A DNA stretch of 62,999 nt, counting the filler, from Octopus bimaculoides (lineage: Eukaryota): assembly GCF_001194135.2 (NCBI RefSeq). It is 8 parts of 7 records of this genome, joined end to end, with 100 filler letters (N's around TTAATTAATTAA, not from the genome) between each part and the next. Parts side by side here need not be neighbours in the genome. Positions count along the whole stretch, not along the records: positions 43,858 to 57,290 come from NC_068996.1; positions 57,391 to 61,705 come from NC_068991.1; positions 61,806 to 62,999 come from NW_026303025.1; 5 more parts are not named here. One strand, given 5' to 3'. Position numbers and translations under genes: made by a program. Below are positions 50,676-62,999 of this stretch, piece after piece; position 1 is the stretch's first letter, and each line of letters opens with the position of its first letter. The notes beneath the pieces were generated by a model. That model was given only the letters and a program-made list of their open reading frames with translations. It was not told where the DNA came from and made no database searches.

Positions 50676-50911
50676 TCTCTCTCTCTCTCTCTAAAATACA
50701 TTTTATGTTTAATGTGAAAGAAATATTGAGGGTTTTTCCTAGAACTGATAACAAAAACTGTATTTTTCTGAATAATTATTTAATTACCAACCACATTTCC
50801 ATTTCCTCTTTATCAATTATATTCGTTACCATTTAGTTTTCGTTTTTTTATCTATTTTATTTTTTATAATATTTTATCTTATTTTCTTCTTCTTGTTTTC
50901 TCTTGTCAAAG

Positions 50912-51002
50912 GTGGGCGACATGCATTAGCTCTAACTGTTGATGGTAAAGTATTTTCTTGGGGTGAAGGAGATGATGGAAAACTTGGACATGGAAATAGA
51001 TC
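50912..51002 (+). CDS. HERC2: HERC2 exon, RLD2 (91 nt, phase 1/2; absent from the ORF track)
   Basis: (G)[29 protein letters not shown](S); tcaaAG| and |GTAAGT. Confidence 0.96.
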
Positions 51003-51088
51003 GTAAGTTTTTAAGTATATTAATGAATTTGACAATTCTTTGTACTTTATGTTGGTACTTTACATTTTGTTCTGTAATTATAGTTTAA

Positions 51089-52288
51089 CTCTTTAGCATT
51101 CAGATTACCCTGTCAAATGTAATGCTTATTTATTCCCATTGTTTTGAATTAACTATGCATTATCTTGTAGCTTCAGGATTTTGATGATGTGATTATTTTT
51201 AGACTGACATTTCAGAGGTGTGAGAGGCAGGATCTGGTCAGTTTGAACCTAAAACAAATAGAATATTGAGGATTAAAGTCAATAAAAAAAAACCTGGGGT
51301 TGCATTGAGCTGAGTAACAGGTCAAGGCTGCCACCCCAAAAAAATGAATGGCCATTCTGACAGGCTCTCACAATTTCTGTCTATGAATGCCACTTACAAG
51401 GTATAGTGGAGACACTTGCCCAGGGTGCCACAGTAGGATCAACCTTTTAGCATTCAGGTTACTGTGTCAAATTTGATGCTTATTTATTCACATTGTTTTG
51501 AATTAATCATGCATTATCTTGTAGCTTTGAGATTTTGATGAGGTGATTGTATATTTCTAGAATGCCATTATAGGGTAGGTGAGTGAGGCTGGATCTGGCC
51601 ACTTTGAACATGAAACATGTAGAATATTTGGGTTGGATGTGACTGGTTTGAATGCTAAAGGGTTAAAATCAATGAAAGACAGTGAGGTGGCACTGAGCTG
51701 AGCAACATGTCAAGGCTTTCACCCAAAAAAATAAATGGCCATTCTGACAGACTCTCACAGTTTCTGTCTACAAATGCCACTTACAAGGGATTGGCTAACC
51801 TGAGGTTATTGTCAAGACATTTGCTCAAGGTACCATACAGTAGGATCAACCCTTTAGCATTCAGATTGCTTAGTCAAATGTAATGCTTATTTATTCCCAT
51901 TGTTTTGAATTAATCTTGTATTATCTTGTAGCTTTGAGATTTCAATGATGTGATTGTTTAGTTTTAGAATGACATAGGGTTTGATGTGAGAGATTTGATC
52001 TGGCTGATTTGAACAAAAAAACAAAAAAAAAACAGTTGAAGATTTGGGCTAGGATATGGCTGGTTTAACCCTTTAGCATTCAGATTCCTCTGTCAAATAC
52101 AATGCTTATTTATTCACATTGTTTTAAATTAATCATGCATTATCTCATAGCTTTGAGATTTCAATCATATGATTTATATTTTTACGATGACATTGTAGGG
52201 TAGGTTTGAGAGGCCAGATCTGGCTGGTCTTGAACTCAAAACAGATAGAATATTTGGGCCATATATGGCTAATGTAAATGCTAAAGGG
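51089..52288. mobile_element. Cluster of four TTAA-type MITE copies with a duplicated SINE-fragment spacer
   Basis: Starts at 51089, 51443, 51850 and 52069; spacers ~51290-51442 and ~51690-51849 are direct repeats. Confidence 0.85.
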
Positions 52289-53371
52289 TGAAGTCCATCA
52301 GTGGAAGTAAAACAATAAGTTAGCTAGTTTGACAATTCAGTTTATGCATTACATTATATATTTCATTACTGTTTCATTATAAATTATTATAGCATCATCA
52401 TTATCATCATTGTTTAACGTCCGCCCTTCATTCTAGCCTGGGTTGGACAATTTGACTGAGGACTGGTGTACCAGATGGCTACACCAGGCTCCAATCTGAT
52501 TTGGCAGGGTTTCTACAGCTGGATGCCCTTCCTAACGCCAACCACTCCGAGAGTGTAGTGGGTGCTAGTCTAGTTTTATATTTTTCAATGTTTCTTTTTT
52601 CTCTCAATTTTTTTAATGTGTTTCTTGCTGTTTGAAATAACACAATTCCTATTTCTATCATCAAAGTTTCTAGACCTTCACAGTCTCATTTTCATCTTCA
52701 CTGATAAGATATTGCCAGCATGTTTTGTTGTCACTTCACAATAGGCAAAGCCAATGTGATTGATTCAGACATAAACACTAGGATTTTAGGAGATGAGGAA
52801 TTATTTACATTTTTTTTACATTTGACAGATATTTGTCCTCATCCTGCTCGTTGTCAACACAACGCTCCGGCTGATATACCCTCCAGCCCTCAACATGTTA
52901 TATTATTTTAATATGTGATAGTATATAATATTATATTAGTTTGTATTAGTGTATTATATTATATCAGTGTAAATAATGTGTAATATATATTATTACATTC
53001 TGGTGTCACGCAACTGACATCTGTGCCAGTGGTATGTAAAAGCATCCATGACACTCTTGGCAGGGTTGGCATTAGGAAGGGCATCCAGCCATAGAAACCA
53101 TACCAAATTAGAGTGGAGTCTGGTGGAGCCCCTCAGCTTACCAGCCCTGGTTAAACTGTCCAACCCATGCCAGCATGGACAACAGATGTTAAATGATAGT
53201 GATGATGATGATGATGATGAACATATTAGCATATAAATTATTAGTATATTAAATTATATTGTTTCATTATATCCACAGCTACTGTGAATTATTGTGAATC
53301 CACAAAAGCATTGCTAGCTTATTTTGACAAGAATGCACATGCATGTGCACACAAACATACACCATCATCAA

Positions 53372-53419
<48 letters not shown>

Positions 53420-53729
53420 TTAATGTTCATTTTCCATGCTGGCATGAGATGGATGGTTTGAGCAGATTTGGCAAACAGAAGAATTGCATCAGGCTTCAGC
53501 TTGGCTTTGTTTCTATGGCTGGATGCCTTTCCTAACACCAGTCACTATACCGTGTGTGTCGGGTGCTTTTTACATGACACTGGCACATCTATAATTATTC
53601 CCACTGGGGGAAAATGTAACTTGAATTATAATATTTAAGCTTTTAGAGTTTTTTTTTAATAAAAAAAAGAATTTAAATAAATAAAAAGCAATTCATCTTA
53701 AATTTTTTTCTTCTTTTAATATTTTTCAG

Positions 53730-53907
53730 CCGCTGTAATAGACTTCGACTTGTACTGGCTTTGAAGTCCAAACGTGTACGAGATATTGCTTGTGGCAGTT
53801 CCCACAGTGCCGCAATTATTTCCAATGGAGATCTTTACACCTGGGGTCTTGGAGAATATGGTAGACTGGGGCATGGAGATACAACCACTCAACTCAAACC
53901 AAAGCAG
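53730..53907 (+). CDS. HERC2: HERC2 exon, RLD2 (178 nt, phase 2/0)
   Basis: [59 protein letters not shown]; ttttcAG| and |GTTAAT. Confidence 0.96.
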
Positions 53908-55168
53908 GTTAATTATTCCTTATATTCAAAATTATTGTGGTATTTAGAAGAGTCCTGTTTTGCTAATGGTATTATCATTGTTGTTATTGGTGGTGGTAGT
54001 GGTGATGGTGGTAAGAACAAAGCAGTGATAGTGAAGTTGTGATGGTATTGAATTGTTAGAGAACTGGATTAAATGCTTTGTGGCATTTGGTCTAGCTCTT
54101 TATGTTCTGTGTTCAATCCTGTGAAGATTAAAAGAAGAGTTGATAAAATAAATCCATACAAATCAAATACCAATGTAGACTCAGATGACCAATATCACTC
54201 CTAAATTTTCAGCTTTTTTGTCTGTAAAAGAAATTATTATAATTATTATCATCATTAATAATAATAAAAATGATAATAATCCTTTCTATTATAGGCACAA
54301 GGCCTGAAATTTGGTGAGAGGGGACTAGTCAATTACATCGATTTCAGTGTTTCACTGGTATTTAATTTATCAACTCCGAAAGGATGAAAGGCAAAGTTAA
54401 CCTTGGCAGAATTTGAACTCAGAACATAGCAGCAGATGAAATACCACTAAGCATTTCACCTAGCATGCTAATGGTTCTGCCAGCTTACCACATTACTAAG
54501 GCGGTGAGCTGGCAGAACCATTAACCCATCAGACAAATCGCTTAGCAGCATCTCTTCCAGCATTTCTTGTTCAAATGTTGCTGAGATTGACTTTGCCTTT
54601 CTTCCTTTCGGGATCACTGCTGGAACCTTTCTATCCTTTCACCAAACTGTTAAGAAAATTAGAACCCCCACCACCACCACCACCACCACCACCACTATCA
54701 CCAAAAAAAAAAAAAGCGTAAACTACATAGTATTACTGATATAATTGTTTATGGTAGGAGTGCAAGATTTTCATAATTAGTTTTATCTCTTATATCTGCT
54801 AATAATTCAGAATTAAAATATCAGAACTATCAAATATTTATCATTTTCTTTATGTTCCCCCACCCTTTAAATAGCTAATAATATTTATTTATTTTCTAAG
54901 TTGGTGAGCCCGCAGAATCGTTAATACAACAGGCAAAATACTTAGCAGCATTTGATCTGCTCTGAGATGAAATGTCTCTGAGGTTGACTTTGCCTTTCAT
55001 TCTTTCAAGATTGATAAAAATAAGTACCAGTTGAGTACTGGGGTTGATGTAATCAACTTACTCCTCCCCTGAAATTACTGGCCCTATGCCAAAACTTGAA
55101 TCCAATATTTGTTTATTTCCTGAAATATAATCTCTGAGTATGTCCTCATGTAGTCTTTCTGTTTACAG

Positions 55169-55422
55169 GTTATGGCTCTTGTAGGCCAAAGGGTTAAGCA
55201 AGTTGCCTGTGGAAGTCGTGATGCCCAGACACTTGCCTTGACTGATGAAGGACTTGTTTATTCTTGGGGTGATGGAGATTTTGGTAAATTAGGTCGTGGA
55301 GGGAGTGAAGGCTGCAGTGTTCCACATGTCATTGATCGCCTAACAAATCTCAATGTCTGCCAAATTGAATGTGGAGCTCAATTTTCTCTAGCTCTCACAA
55401 AATCTGGTGGAGTTTGGACATG
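55169..55422 (+). CDS. HERC2: HERC2 exon, RLD2 (254 nt, phase 0/2)
   Basis: [49 protein letters not shown]...[20 protein letters not shown](W); tttacAG| and |GTAAGT. Confidence 0.97.
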
Positions 55423-56355
55423 GTAAGTATATTTGTTGATTTGTTTCATATTGATAGTGTATAGACTTGTTAACTAAACTTATCCATTCGAATTTAGATA
55501 TACTCTTTAATCAAAATATACTTTATATATATATATATATATATATGTTTTTAAAATATGTGTATATACATAGATGATATATATATATATATCATCCTCA
55601 TTGATTAACATCTGTTTTCCATGCTGCATGGGTTGGACGGTTTGACTGAGGATTGTTAAGTATGGAGGCTGCGCCAGACCCCAATTTGTTCTGGCAAGGT
55701 TTCTACGGCTGGATGCCCTTCCTAACGCCAATCACTCTGAGAGTGTAGTGGGTGCTTTTTACGTGCCACCAATATGGAGACCATCAGAGGCAGCACTGGC
55801 AATGACTATGCTCGAATGGTGCTTTTTACGTGCCACCTGCACGGGAGCCAGTCAGGCAGGACTGGCATTGACCACATTCGAATGGTGCTAGTGTCCATTT
55901 TCCATGCTGTCATGTGTTAGGTGGTTGGACTAGAATTAGTAAGTTGGATAGTCTGATTTGGCTTGGTTTCCACAGCTTGATGCCTTTCCTAATACCAACC
56001 ATTCCAAGAGTGAGGTGGATGCCTTTTATATGTTGCCAGCACTGACCACAACTATGATTTCACTTGGCTTGACATGTTTTCTCAAGCACAGCAAATTGCC
56101 AAAGGTCTCAACCTCTTGTCATCACCTCTGTGAGACTCAACATCCAAAGATCACGTTTCACCAGCTCATCCAATGTCAGACCAGTTTACAAAAAAGAGTG
56201 TTCTGCTCAGAAATACAGCTGTAAATTTAACTCAATCATTTTCAGATATAATCTAATACATAAGTTTTTATAAAGTTGCATGTTTTTGCTATGTAAACAG
56301 ATTTTGTCAACAAGATGACAAGTTTTGTTAATGTAATAATTATATTTTCTTACAG

Positions 56356-56500
56356 GGGTAAGGGAGACTACTTCCGATTGGGTCATGGAACAGATACTCA
56401 CATTAGAAAACCTAAATGTGTTGAAGGCCTGAAAGGGAAAAAGATTGTACATGTTGCTGTTGGGGCCTTACACTGTTTAGCTGTCACCGATACAGGACAG
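56356..56500 (+). CDS. HERC2: HERC2 exon, RLD2 (145 nt, phase 2/0)
   Basis: [48 protein letters not shown]; ttacAG| and |GTGAGT. The next expected exon (VYAWGDNDHGQQG) was not found. Confidence 0.97.
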
Positions 56501-57062
56501 GTGAGTTAATTTGGTCTTTGAATCGGTCTTTTAATTTGATCCAGACTAACCTGAGTTAACCCTTTTAGCATTTAAACCAGCTATATCCACCCAGAATATT
56601 CTACCTGTTTTAAGTCCAAACTAGCCGGATCAAACCTCTCACACTTATCCTACAATGTTATTCTAAAAGTAAACAATGACATCATTTGAAATTATGAAGC
56701 TTTGAGATAATGCATGATTAATTCAAAACAATGTGAATAAATTAGCTTTGCATTTGACAGAATAATCAGAATGCTAAAGAGCTAAACAACAACAAATGCA
56801 TATCTCATGATCAAAGGTGTTACTTTTGTGATCAACCTGTTTTTATTTTGGGGGTATAGTGTATCCAAGATTATGTAATCCAGTGGGTACTTCTATTTTA
56901 AGATGGAAGCATGTAATTCAAGTGAGATTTTACATTTATTTCTATAAGTTTGATTGACCACCTAGAAGTTGCCTCTTTGCTTTGTGTAGTAGTCTGTTTT
57001 GGTTTAGTTTCTATGGGTGGATGGCCTTCTTGCACCAACTACTTCACAGAGTGTACTATTCT

Positions 57063-57290
57063 GCAATCATCATCATCATCATCATCATCGTTTAACGTCC
57101 GCTTTCCATGCTAGCATGGGTTGGACGATTTGACTGAGGACTGGTGAAACCGGATAGCAACACCAGGCTCCAATCTAATTTGGCAGAGTTTCTACAGCTG
57201 GATGCCCTTCCTAACGCCAACCACTCAGAGAGTGTAGTAGGTGCTTTTACGTGTCACCTGCACGAAGGCCAGTCAGGCGATACTGGCAAC
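57063..57290 (-). mobile_element. Young SINE-like copy truncated by a scaffold join
   Basis: Near-identical to 27731-27962. Confidence 0.9.
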
Positions 57291-57390
57291 NNNNNNNNNN
57301 NNNNNNNNNNNNNNNNNNNNNNNNNNNNNNNNNNTTAATTAATTAANNNNNNNNNNNNNNNNNNNNNNNNNNNNNNNNNNNNNNNNNNNN
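57291..57390. other. Artificial scaffold join with six-frame-stop linker
   Basis: 44 N + TTAATTAATTAA (57335-57346) + 44 N. Confidence 0.92.
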
Positions 57391-57427
<37 letters not shown>

Positions 57428-58249
57428 GGCTGTATGTAATACACACGCATATTTATGCATATGTGTGTACATATATATATATGTATTCATACATATTATC
57501 TGTTTGTACATGTATATGTGTTATGTGTCTCACTGTATGAACGTATCTATTGTGTTTGTGTATTTTTGTTCATATTCTTAAAACGCTTTGGTAGTGACTC
57601 AAATACACACACGGACACATATATACATACACGCAAATACAAATATATACATACACACACACACACTCAAAGGTAATGATCCATAAGAAACAGCAGCCAA
57701 ACTAAACCACAATTTAAATCCCATCTACCCTAAAAGTAGGGATACAATATGTGACTGACACACACATTTCATACTCGAACGAACGATGGGATAATCACTA
57801 TCTCGTATAGATGTGTGGGGGGGGGGCGTGTGTGTGTGTGTGTGTATGTGTGTGCGTGTGTGAGTGCATGAATGTTTGTGTGTGTGCGTATGTTTGTGTC
57901 TATATGTCATTGTGTTTTGCAAACAACGCTTGACAACCGGTGTTGGTTTGTTTACATCCCCGTAAAAATTAACGGTTCGGCAAAGCAGACCGATGTAATA
58001 AGTACCTAGAATGAAAAAAAAAACACAAGTACATGGATCGATTTGTTTGATTAAAATCCTTTCAATCTGGTGCCCCAGCATGGCCGCAGTCCAATAGTTG
58101 GAACAAGGAAAATGGTAAGATAAGACATACCAGCATCTTGGCACCATTCCACCAATAAAAATACTCATGCCCCAAGACGAAGTCGAAGTGGCAGTGTGTC
58201 TCTCCAAAGAATTGCGATCACTAACAATCGGTAGAATAGCAGAGCTACT

Positions 58250-58990
58250 GAAGGATGCGTGGAGGTAAGAGTGACACTGCTTTGTCCTTTTGCAATCTGC
58301 ATTTCATTGACAATGACGGCCAAATGGCAGACAACGAAGCAGAAATCCAGGTGTATACCATCAGCCAGGTAAGAGAACATAATGAGCGTACGGGAGATAA
58401 ATCATTTCGGTTAGTCAATTATATTCCGACTAATAGCTAAAACCATAATACTGGAGGGTCAATAACTTCAAGAGAATAACTTTGAATGCCTTGGATCTGT
58501 GATTCAGTAAACTAAGAGTTGACCTTATTTCAGCTGTTATGATGAACCCGTCAGTTCATATAAAAAGGTTGTTTTATTAGTTTTTCGTCCGTTTCGGGCT
58601 TTACAAGCACCTGGTCACTTCGATCTTTGCATATAAGCAAGAAAGCTAGGCATTCATGTCTGGCACAATACATAGAATCCGTGTGTTCTGAGTAGAAACA
58701 TAGTTAGTAGTGAGGATGAAGGGCAGTCCGCCCAGGGCGATGACTTATTGGGGTATAACTTCTGGATCTGCTGTAAAACCTTGTAATTGTTTTTTTTTTT
58801 GTTTGGCTGTAGGATGAGAGCAGCAAAATCAAGGGCTTCCCCATTCGGCATTCATTTTCACAACGACACTGCGAAACGTGTACACGAACCAAAAGTCAAG
58901 CAGCTCTGTCAGAAGGGAAATCCTTGAATATGCAGTCAAGTAAGAACCACGTCTTACCGATCCGAAACGAATATAAACATGTATCTTGAT
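58250..58990 (+). mobile_element. Heavily decayed coding relic, most likely a piggyBac-like transposase
   Basis: Collinear weak motifs across frames: NLHFIDN, NER, LGSVI, VTS...SGTI.R, ASPFGIH...TAKR; a cytochrome b5-like reading competes for part of it. Confidence 0.38.
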
Positions 58991-59303
58991 AAGAAAAAAA
59001 CACACATCCTACAAATGCCATTCTTCAGAGCACAATTTCAGACTGGCGAAATGGGGGTAAGGAAAAGAATACCTTATCTAAGAAACTCAGTGACTACACA
59101 GTACTCAGCACTGTAGCCCTTCGGGTTTGCGAAGGAAAACAGAGAGAAGTGGTGATTGCTGATTGCTGATTGCTAGAATGTCTGAAATGGTTCCCCAGCA
59201 ACTCGCCACGATAGTCAAGGAGAGATTATAATATTGATGGTGATGATGTTGATCTGTATTCATGCATACATACATGCATACACACACACACAGNNNNNNN
59301 NNN

Positions 59304-59353
<50 letters not shown>

Positions 59354-59499
59354 CATGTATGTATATGTATATACACATGTATATGTATGTATGCATATAT
59401 ATATGTATGTGTATACATAAACATATATGCGTGTGTGTGTGTGTGTTTGTGCATGTATGTGTGTGCGGCTCGCGTGTGTGTATACATACACACACTCAT

Positions 59500-60100
59500 A
59501 CATCGACCTATAGTGACCTCCTTCCGCACACACCGCTCGGCAACATCTTCTTCCTTACATTTTTCCTCGAATCCTATTAAAACTTAATTACCACTGTTTA
59601 TCTTTCAGGTTCTACCTCCTATCATTCCATCAAGCCCTCGCATTTTCCCTTTCACCTCCACCCTTCCCCCCTCCCCTTCCTCACTGTCTCTCTCTCTCTC
59701 TTCTCTCTTCCCTCATACCTTCATTAACAAAACCACCTGTTCAGCAAACTACAGTCCATCAATTGACCACCGGCACCAGCATCACCAACACTATCCACTC
59801 CACCTCTATATTGTCTTGTAGTAGTGACTTCCATAACAGTCCTCTCTTTATTTATCTGCCACCCAACTTCTTAGAATTTTTTTGTATAAAACCAGCCAAC
59901 TTATTACAGTCTGTTAAAGTCTGTCATACCGGCCATGACGAAGGGAAATAGCCCTGAAACTCGAGTCGCCTTTATATATTTATATTTATATTTATATATT
60001 TGATCCTTTATATTGAACACTCAATATTTCATCTACATTCAATACTTTCTTTCATGGTGCCATCCATTTTTATTTTATTTTATCTTATTTTATATTATAT
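59500..60100 (+). mobile_element. Penelope-like element terminal (pseudo-LTR) relic
   Basis: Pyrimidine-rich tract, hammerhead motif, then AT-rich tail; weak GIY-YIG tail-like RQHL..YIF....LN...LSF upstream. Confidence 0.5.
59931..59970 (+). ncRNA. Minimal type I hammerhead ribozyme motif with one extra base in the core
   Basis: GGC-C[A]TGACGA-AGGG(AAATAG)CCCT-GAAA-C(TCGA)G-TC-GCC: stems I, II and III all pair; palindromic stem III loop; GUC cleavage triplet ending at 59967. Confidence 0.65.
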
Positions 60101-60408
60101 ATTGTATATTATATTATATATTGTATATTCCATATTCTATGCCCCACATTGGTTCTGCAGGAATATAAATAAAACATAAAAAACAGACAGTGTTGGAACT
60201 CTTTTAAACAAAATAATATATTCCTCTATACACAATCATACAAAAAAACCCACCTTTTTTGGATTNNNNNNNNNNNNNNNNNNNNNNNNNNNNNNNNNNN
60301 NNNNNNNNNNNNNNNNNNNNNNNNNNNNNNNNNNNNNNNNNNNNNNNNNNNNNNNNNNNNNNNNNNNNNNNNNNNNNNNNNNNNNNNNNNNNNNNNNNNN
60401 NNNNNNNN

Positions 60409-60442
<34 letters not shown>

Positions 60443-61136
60443 GGTGGCGGAGGCGAATGCGATGGTCTTGGTGGCGACGGTGGAGTTGGGCTAAGTTCTG
60501 TTCTTGATAAAGACGGCGATAGTTTTGAAATTTTAATGCGGCGGTGGAGACTTGTTGAAGACAGTGGTTGGCCGTGGTGGTTGTGATGGTGATGATGAGG
60601 GTGATGGGAAGAAGTGTTGGTGGTGTGGTGATAGGGGTGCTGAGGATGATGGTGGTCGTCGTCAAAGTGGTGGTGTTGGTGGTGTTTGAGTAAGTTGAGG
60701 AAGTGATGTGACGGTGTTCATGATATGGAATGATGGTGAAGTATCGAGGGAGGTGTTACCTTCATCTGCAGCCTATCGATTACATGGAACCATCACAAAG
60801 CCTTACTAAGGCTCAACAAAATAGAAAAATGACTGCTGCTGTTGCTGCTACTACTACTACTAATGATAATAACAATAAAAAATAATACTAATAATAACAG
60901 TTTCAATTTTTGGCACAAGGACAGCAGTTTTGGGTTAAGGAGCAAGTCAATTATATCGACCCCATTGCTCAACTGATGCTTATTTTATTGACCCCGAAAG
61001 GATGAAAGGTTAAGTCTACCTCGGCGGAATCTAAACTCAGAACGTAAAGAAGGACGAAATGCCACTAAGAAGTTTACCTGGCTTGGTAACGATTCTGCCA
61101 GCTCGCATCCTAAACATCAATAACAATAACAATAAC

Positions 61137-61197
<61 letters not shown>

Positions 61198-61670
61198 GTA
61201 CTAACAACAACAACATATGTATATCTATGTTTTGTTTCGTTCACCACGACATCTTGACAACGGTATTGGTTTGGTTATATCACTCGTAACATAGCAGATC
61301 GGTTATAAGTAACCAATAAAATATGTATTAGAATTTAAGAAAATACGTATTGGAACCAAAATGTTCCACTAAACACGTTCAAAGCCGTGTTCCAAAATAG
61401 CTGCAGACTAATGCCTGAGATGATTAAAAGACAGAATAAAGTTAAACTACAAAATGTACTACATGCATAGGTATATGTGTGTGTAGTATGTAAAATTTGT
61501 ATAGGTGCAGACGAGGCTGTGTGGTAAGAAGCTTGCTTCTCAACCACATATCTCCAGGTTCAGTCCCACTGCATGGCACTTTGAGCAAGTGTCTTCTACT
61601 AGAGGTTTGGGCCGACAAAAACCTTGTAATTGGATTTGGTAGGCGGAAACTGAAAGAAGCCTGTCGTGTA

Positions 61671-61705
<35 letters not shown>

Positions 61706-61805
61706 NNNNNNNNNNNNNNNNNNNNNNNNNNNNNNNNNNNNNNNNNNNNTTAATTAATTAANNNNNNNNNNNNNNNNNNNNNNNNNNNNNNNNNNNNNNN
61801 NNNNN
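61706..61805. other. Artificial scaffold join with six-frame-stop linker
   Basis: 44 N + TTAATTAATTAA (61750-61761) + 44 N. Confidence 0.92.
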
Positions 61806-62019
61806 ATACTATATATATGCGTCGTTAAAGAGGAGGGTAATTTAGATAGATTTTAAATAGTCAGTATTGTCAATTTTAAGGCGACATGTAGGAACCATAT
61901 GAATTGAGATGCTACATTGAGGTCGGTAGTTAAAATAATTGCTAAAAGCTTAGTGCCTATTTTTTTGCATATGGGCTGTGACATTTATTTGCTTTTTCTC
62001 CCAGTTAGGGGCGAAAATT

Positions 62020-62999
62020 GAATGCGTAAAACGGTGCAGACGCCCAAGGCTGCTAGAGCCGGGACCTACGCTTCTGCAGCCAGTTAGCTAAAGAACGCTT
62101 CCACCGTCAACCTCGAAATTGAGGAGGCGGTGTTAGTTGAATTCATAGTAGAGGAAAGCAAACAGTTAATACAGTGGGAGGGATTAAAGTTAAAGTGACT
62201 CCTCCTGAAGACATTACCAATTTGGAACGGCAAAAATTTGTCATATAAAGAAGTATGTCACTGAAAAGGAAAAAGATTGAAATAGCACGTGAGGAGGCAA
62301 TTAAAAATCGATTCTAACAAATAATGAACAACATAACATCCTTCAGTAGAAGAAGGAGGTTCGGCAAAGTATACGTGCGTTTTGCAACCATACAGGACGC
62401 ACAATAGCAAACAATGACCCCATTAAAGTCGGAAAATGGGTTCTTCTGCCAATATATCTTTGCAAGAGTGTTGCGAGAGTCAGAATTGATAGGCTACCCC
62501 ACGAGATAAAGGAAATGTGGCTCATAGCTGCAATTTTAATGAATACGGACGAAAGCCAACAATTTTACAAGCTTCAGGAACAAAACAACTGAACTGGTGG
62601 AGCTACGGATTCGAAGTGACAATCCAAGACACCCAAAGACTTCTGGATAGAATATGCGATGAAATTGAGCTACCAGAAGATATAAAGTTACGAGTGCTGC
62701 CTTTGTAAAATGAAGGGCCACGTAAAAGTAAATTGCCCCAAATCAAAGTTCACCAGCCCGAGGGAGGATACGAGAACGAGGAAGAAAACAACGATAGTAA
62801 TAACATTGAAACCAGGAAGTACCAAGCAGGAAGAGGAGGGGACCGATGAATTTACTGCCTAAAAATTAAAAAACAAAAGAAAGGAGATATAGAAACGAGG
62901 AAAATCAGACAGAAAACACAACCACCTCACTAACACCTCAGAAATAAAGCACCTTTGCATACAAACATGCTACTCCTAATAAGGATTCACAGACAAAAA
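62020..62999 (+). mobile_element. Decayed LINE ORF1 (gag-like, zinc knuckle)
   Basis: KVYVRF, RVRIDRLPHEIKEMWLIAAIL, ICDEIELPEDIKLRV, then CLCKMKGHVKVNC (62698-62736; CX4HX4C intact, first CX2C shortened); multiple frameshifts. Confidence 0.65.

Noticed and set aside
45005-56500. HERC2 piece as a standalone short RCC1-repeat gene or pseudogene
   Set aside because: All eight exons have canonical sites and compatible phases, no start or terminal exon is seen, and the piece is bounded by joins; best read as part of a full HERC2 gene.

Overview
AT-rich, microsatellite- and transposon-dense animal DNA. The SINE families and the proteins point to an octopus (inference). The window is a mosaic: seven 100-bp joins (44 N + TTAATTAATTAA + 44 N) cut it into eight pieces whose order and orientation may be unreliable. 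Two host genes are supported, both on +. One is the last recognisable coding exon(s) of DMAP1 (39772-39929, probable terminal exon 41908-41970). The other is eight consecutive, phase-compatible exons of HERC2 (45035-56500; 1371 nt, 457 codons) covering most of the DOC/APC10 domain and most of RCC1-like domain 2. The other exons of both genes are not visible. The rest is SINEs, MITEs (hAT, Charlie, pogo/Tc1, TTAA/piggyBac type), decayed Tc1, hAT and probable piggyBac transposases, and RTE, CR1-like, RLE-type, gag-like LINE, LTR and Penelope-like relics. Best leads: a nearly intact Penelope-type minimal hammerhead ribozyme (59931-59970), a Tc1 transposase with DD36E spacing, microsatellite-embedded RLE retrotransposon ends, orphan promoter-like motif clusters, a CTCF-like site just after the DMAP1 stop, and a fold-back SINE hairpin in a HERC2 intron. 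All alignments were done by eye from memory of the families; no searches were run.
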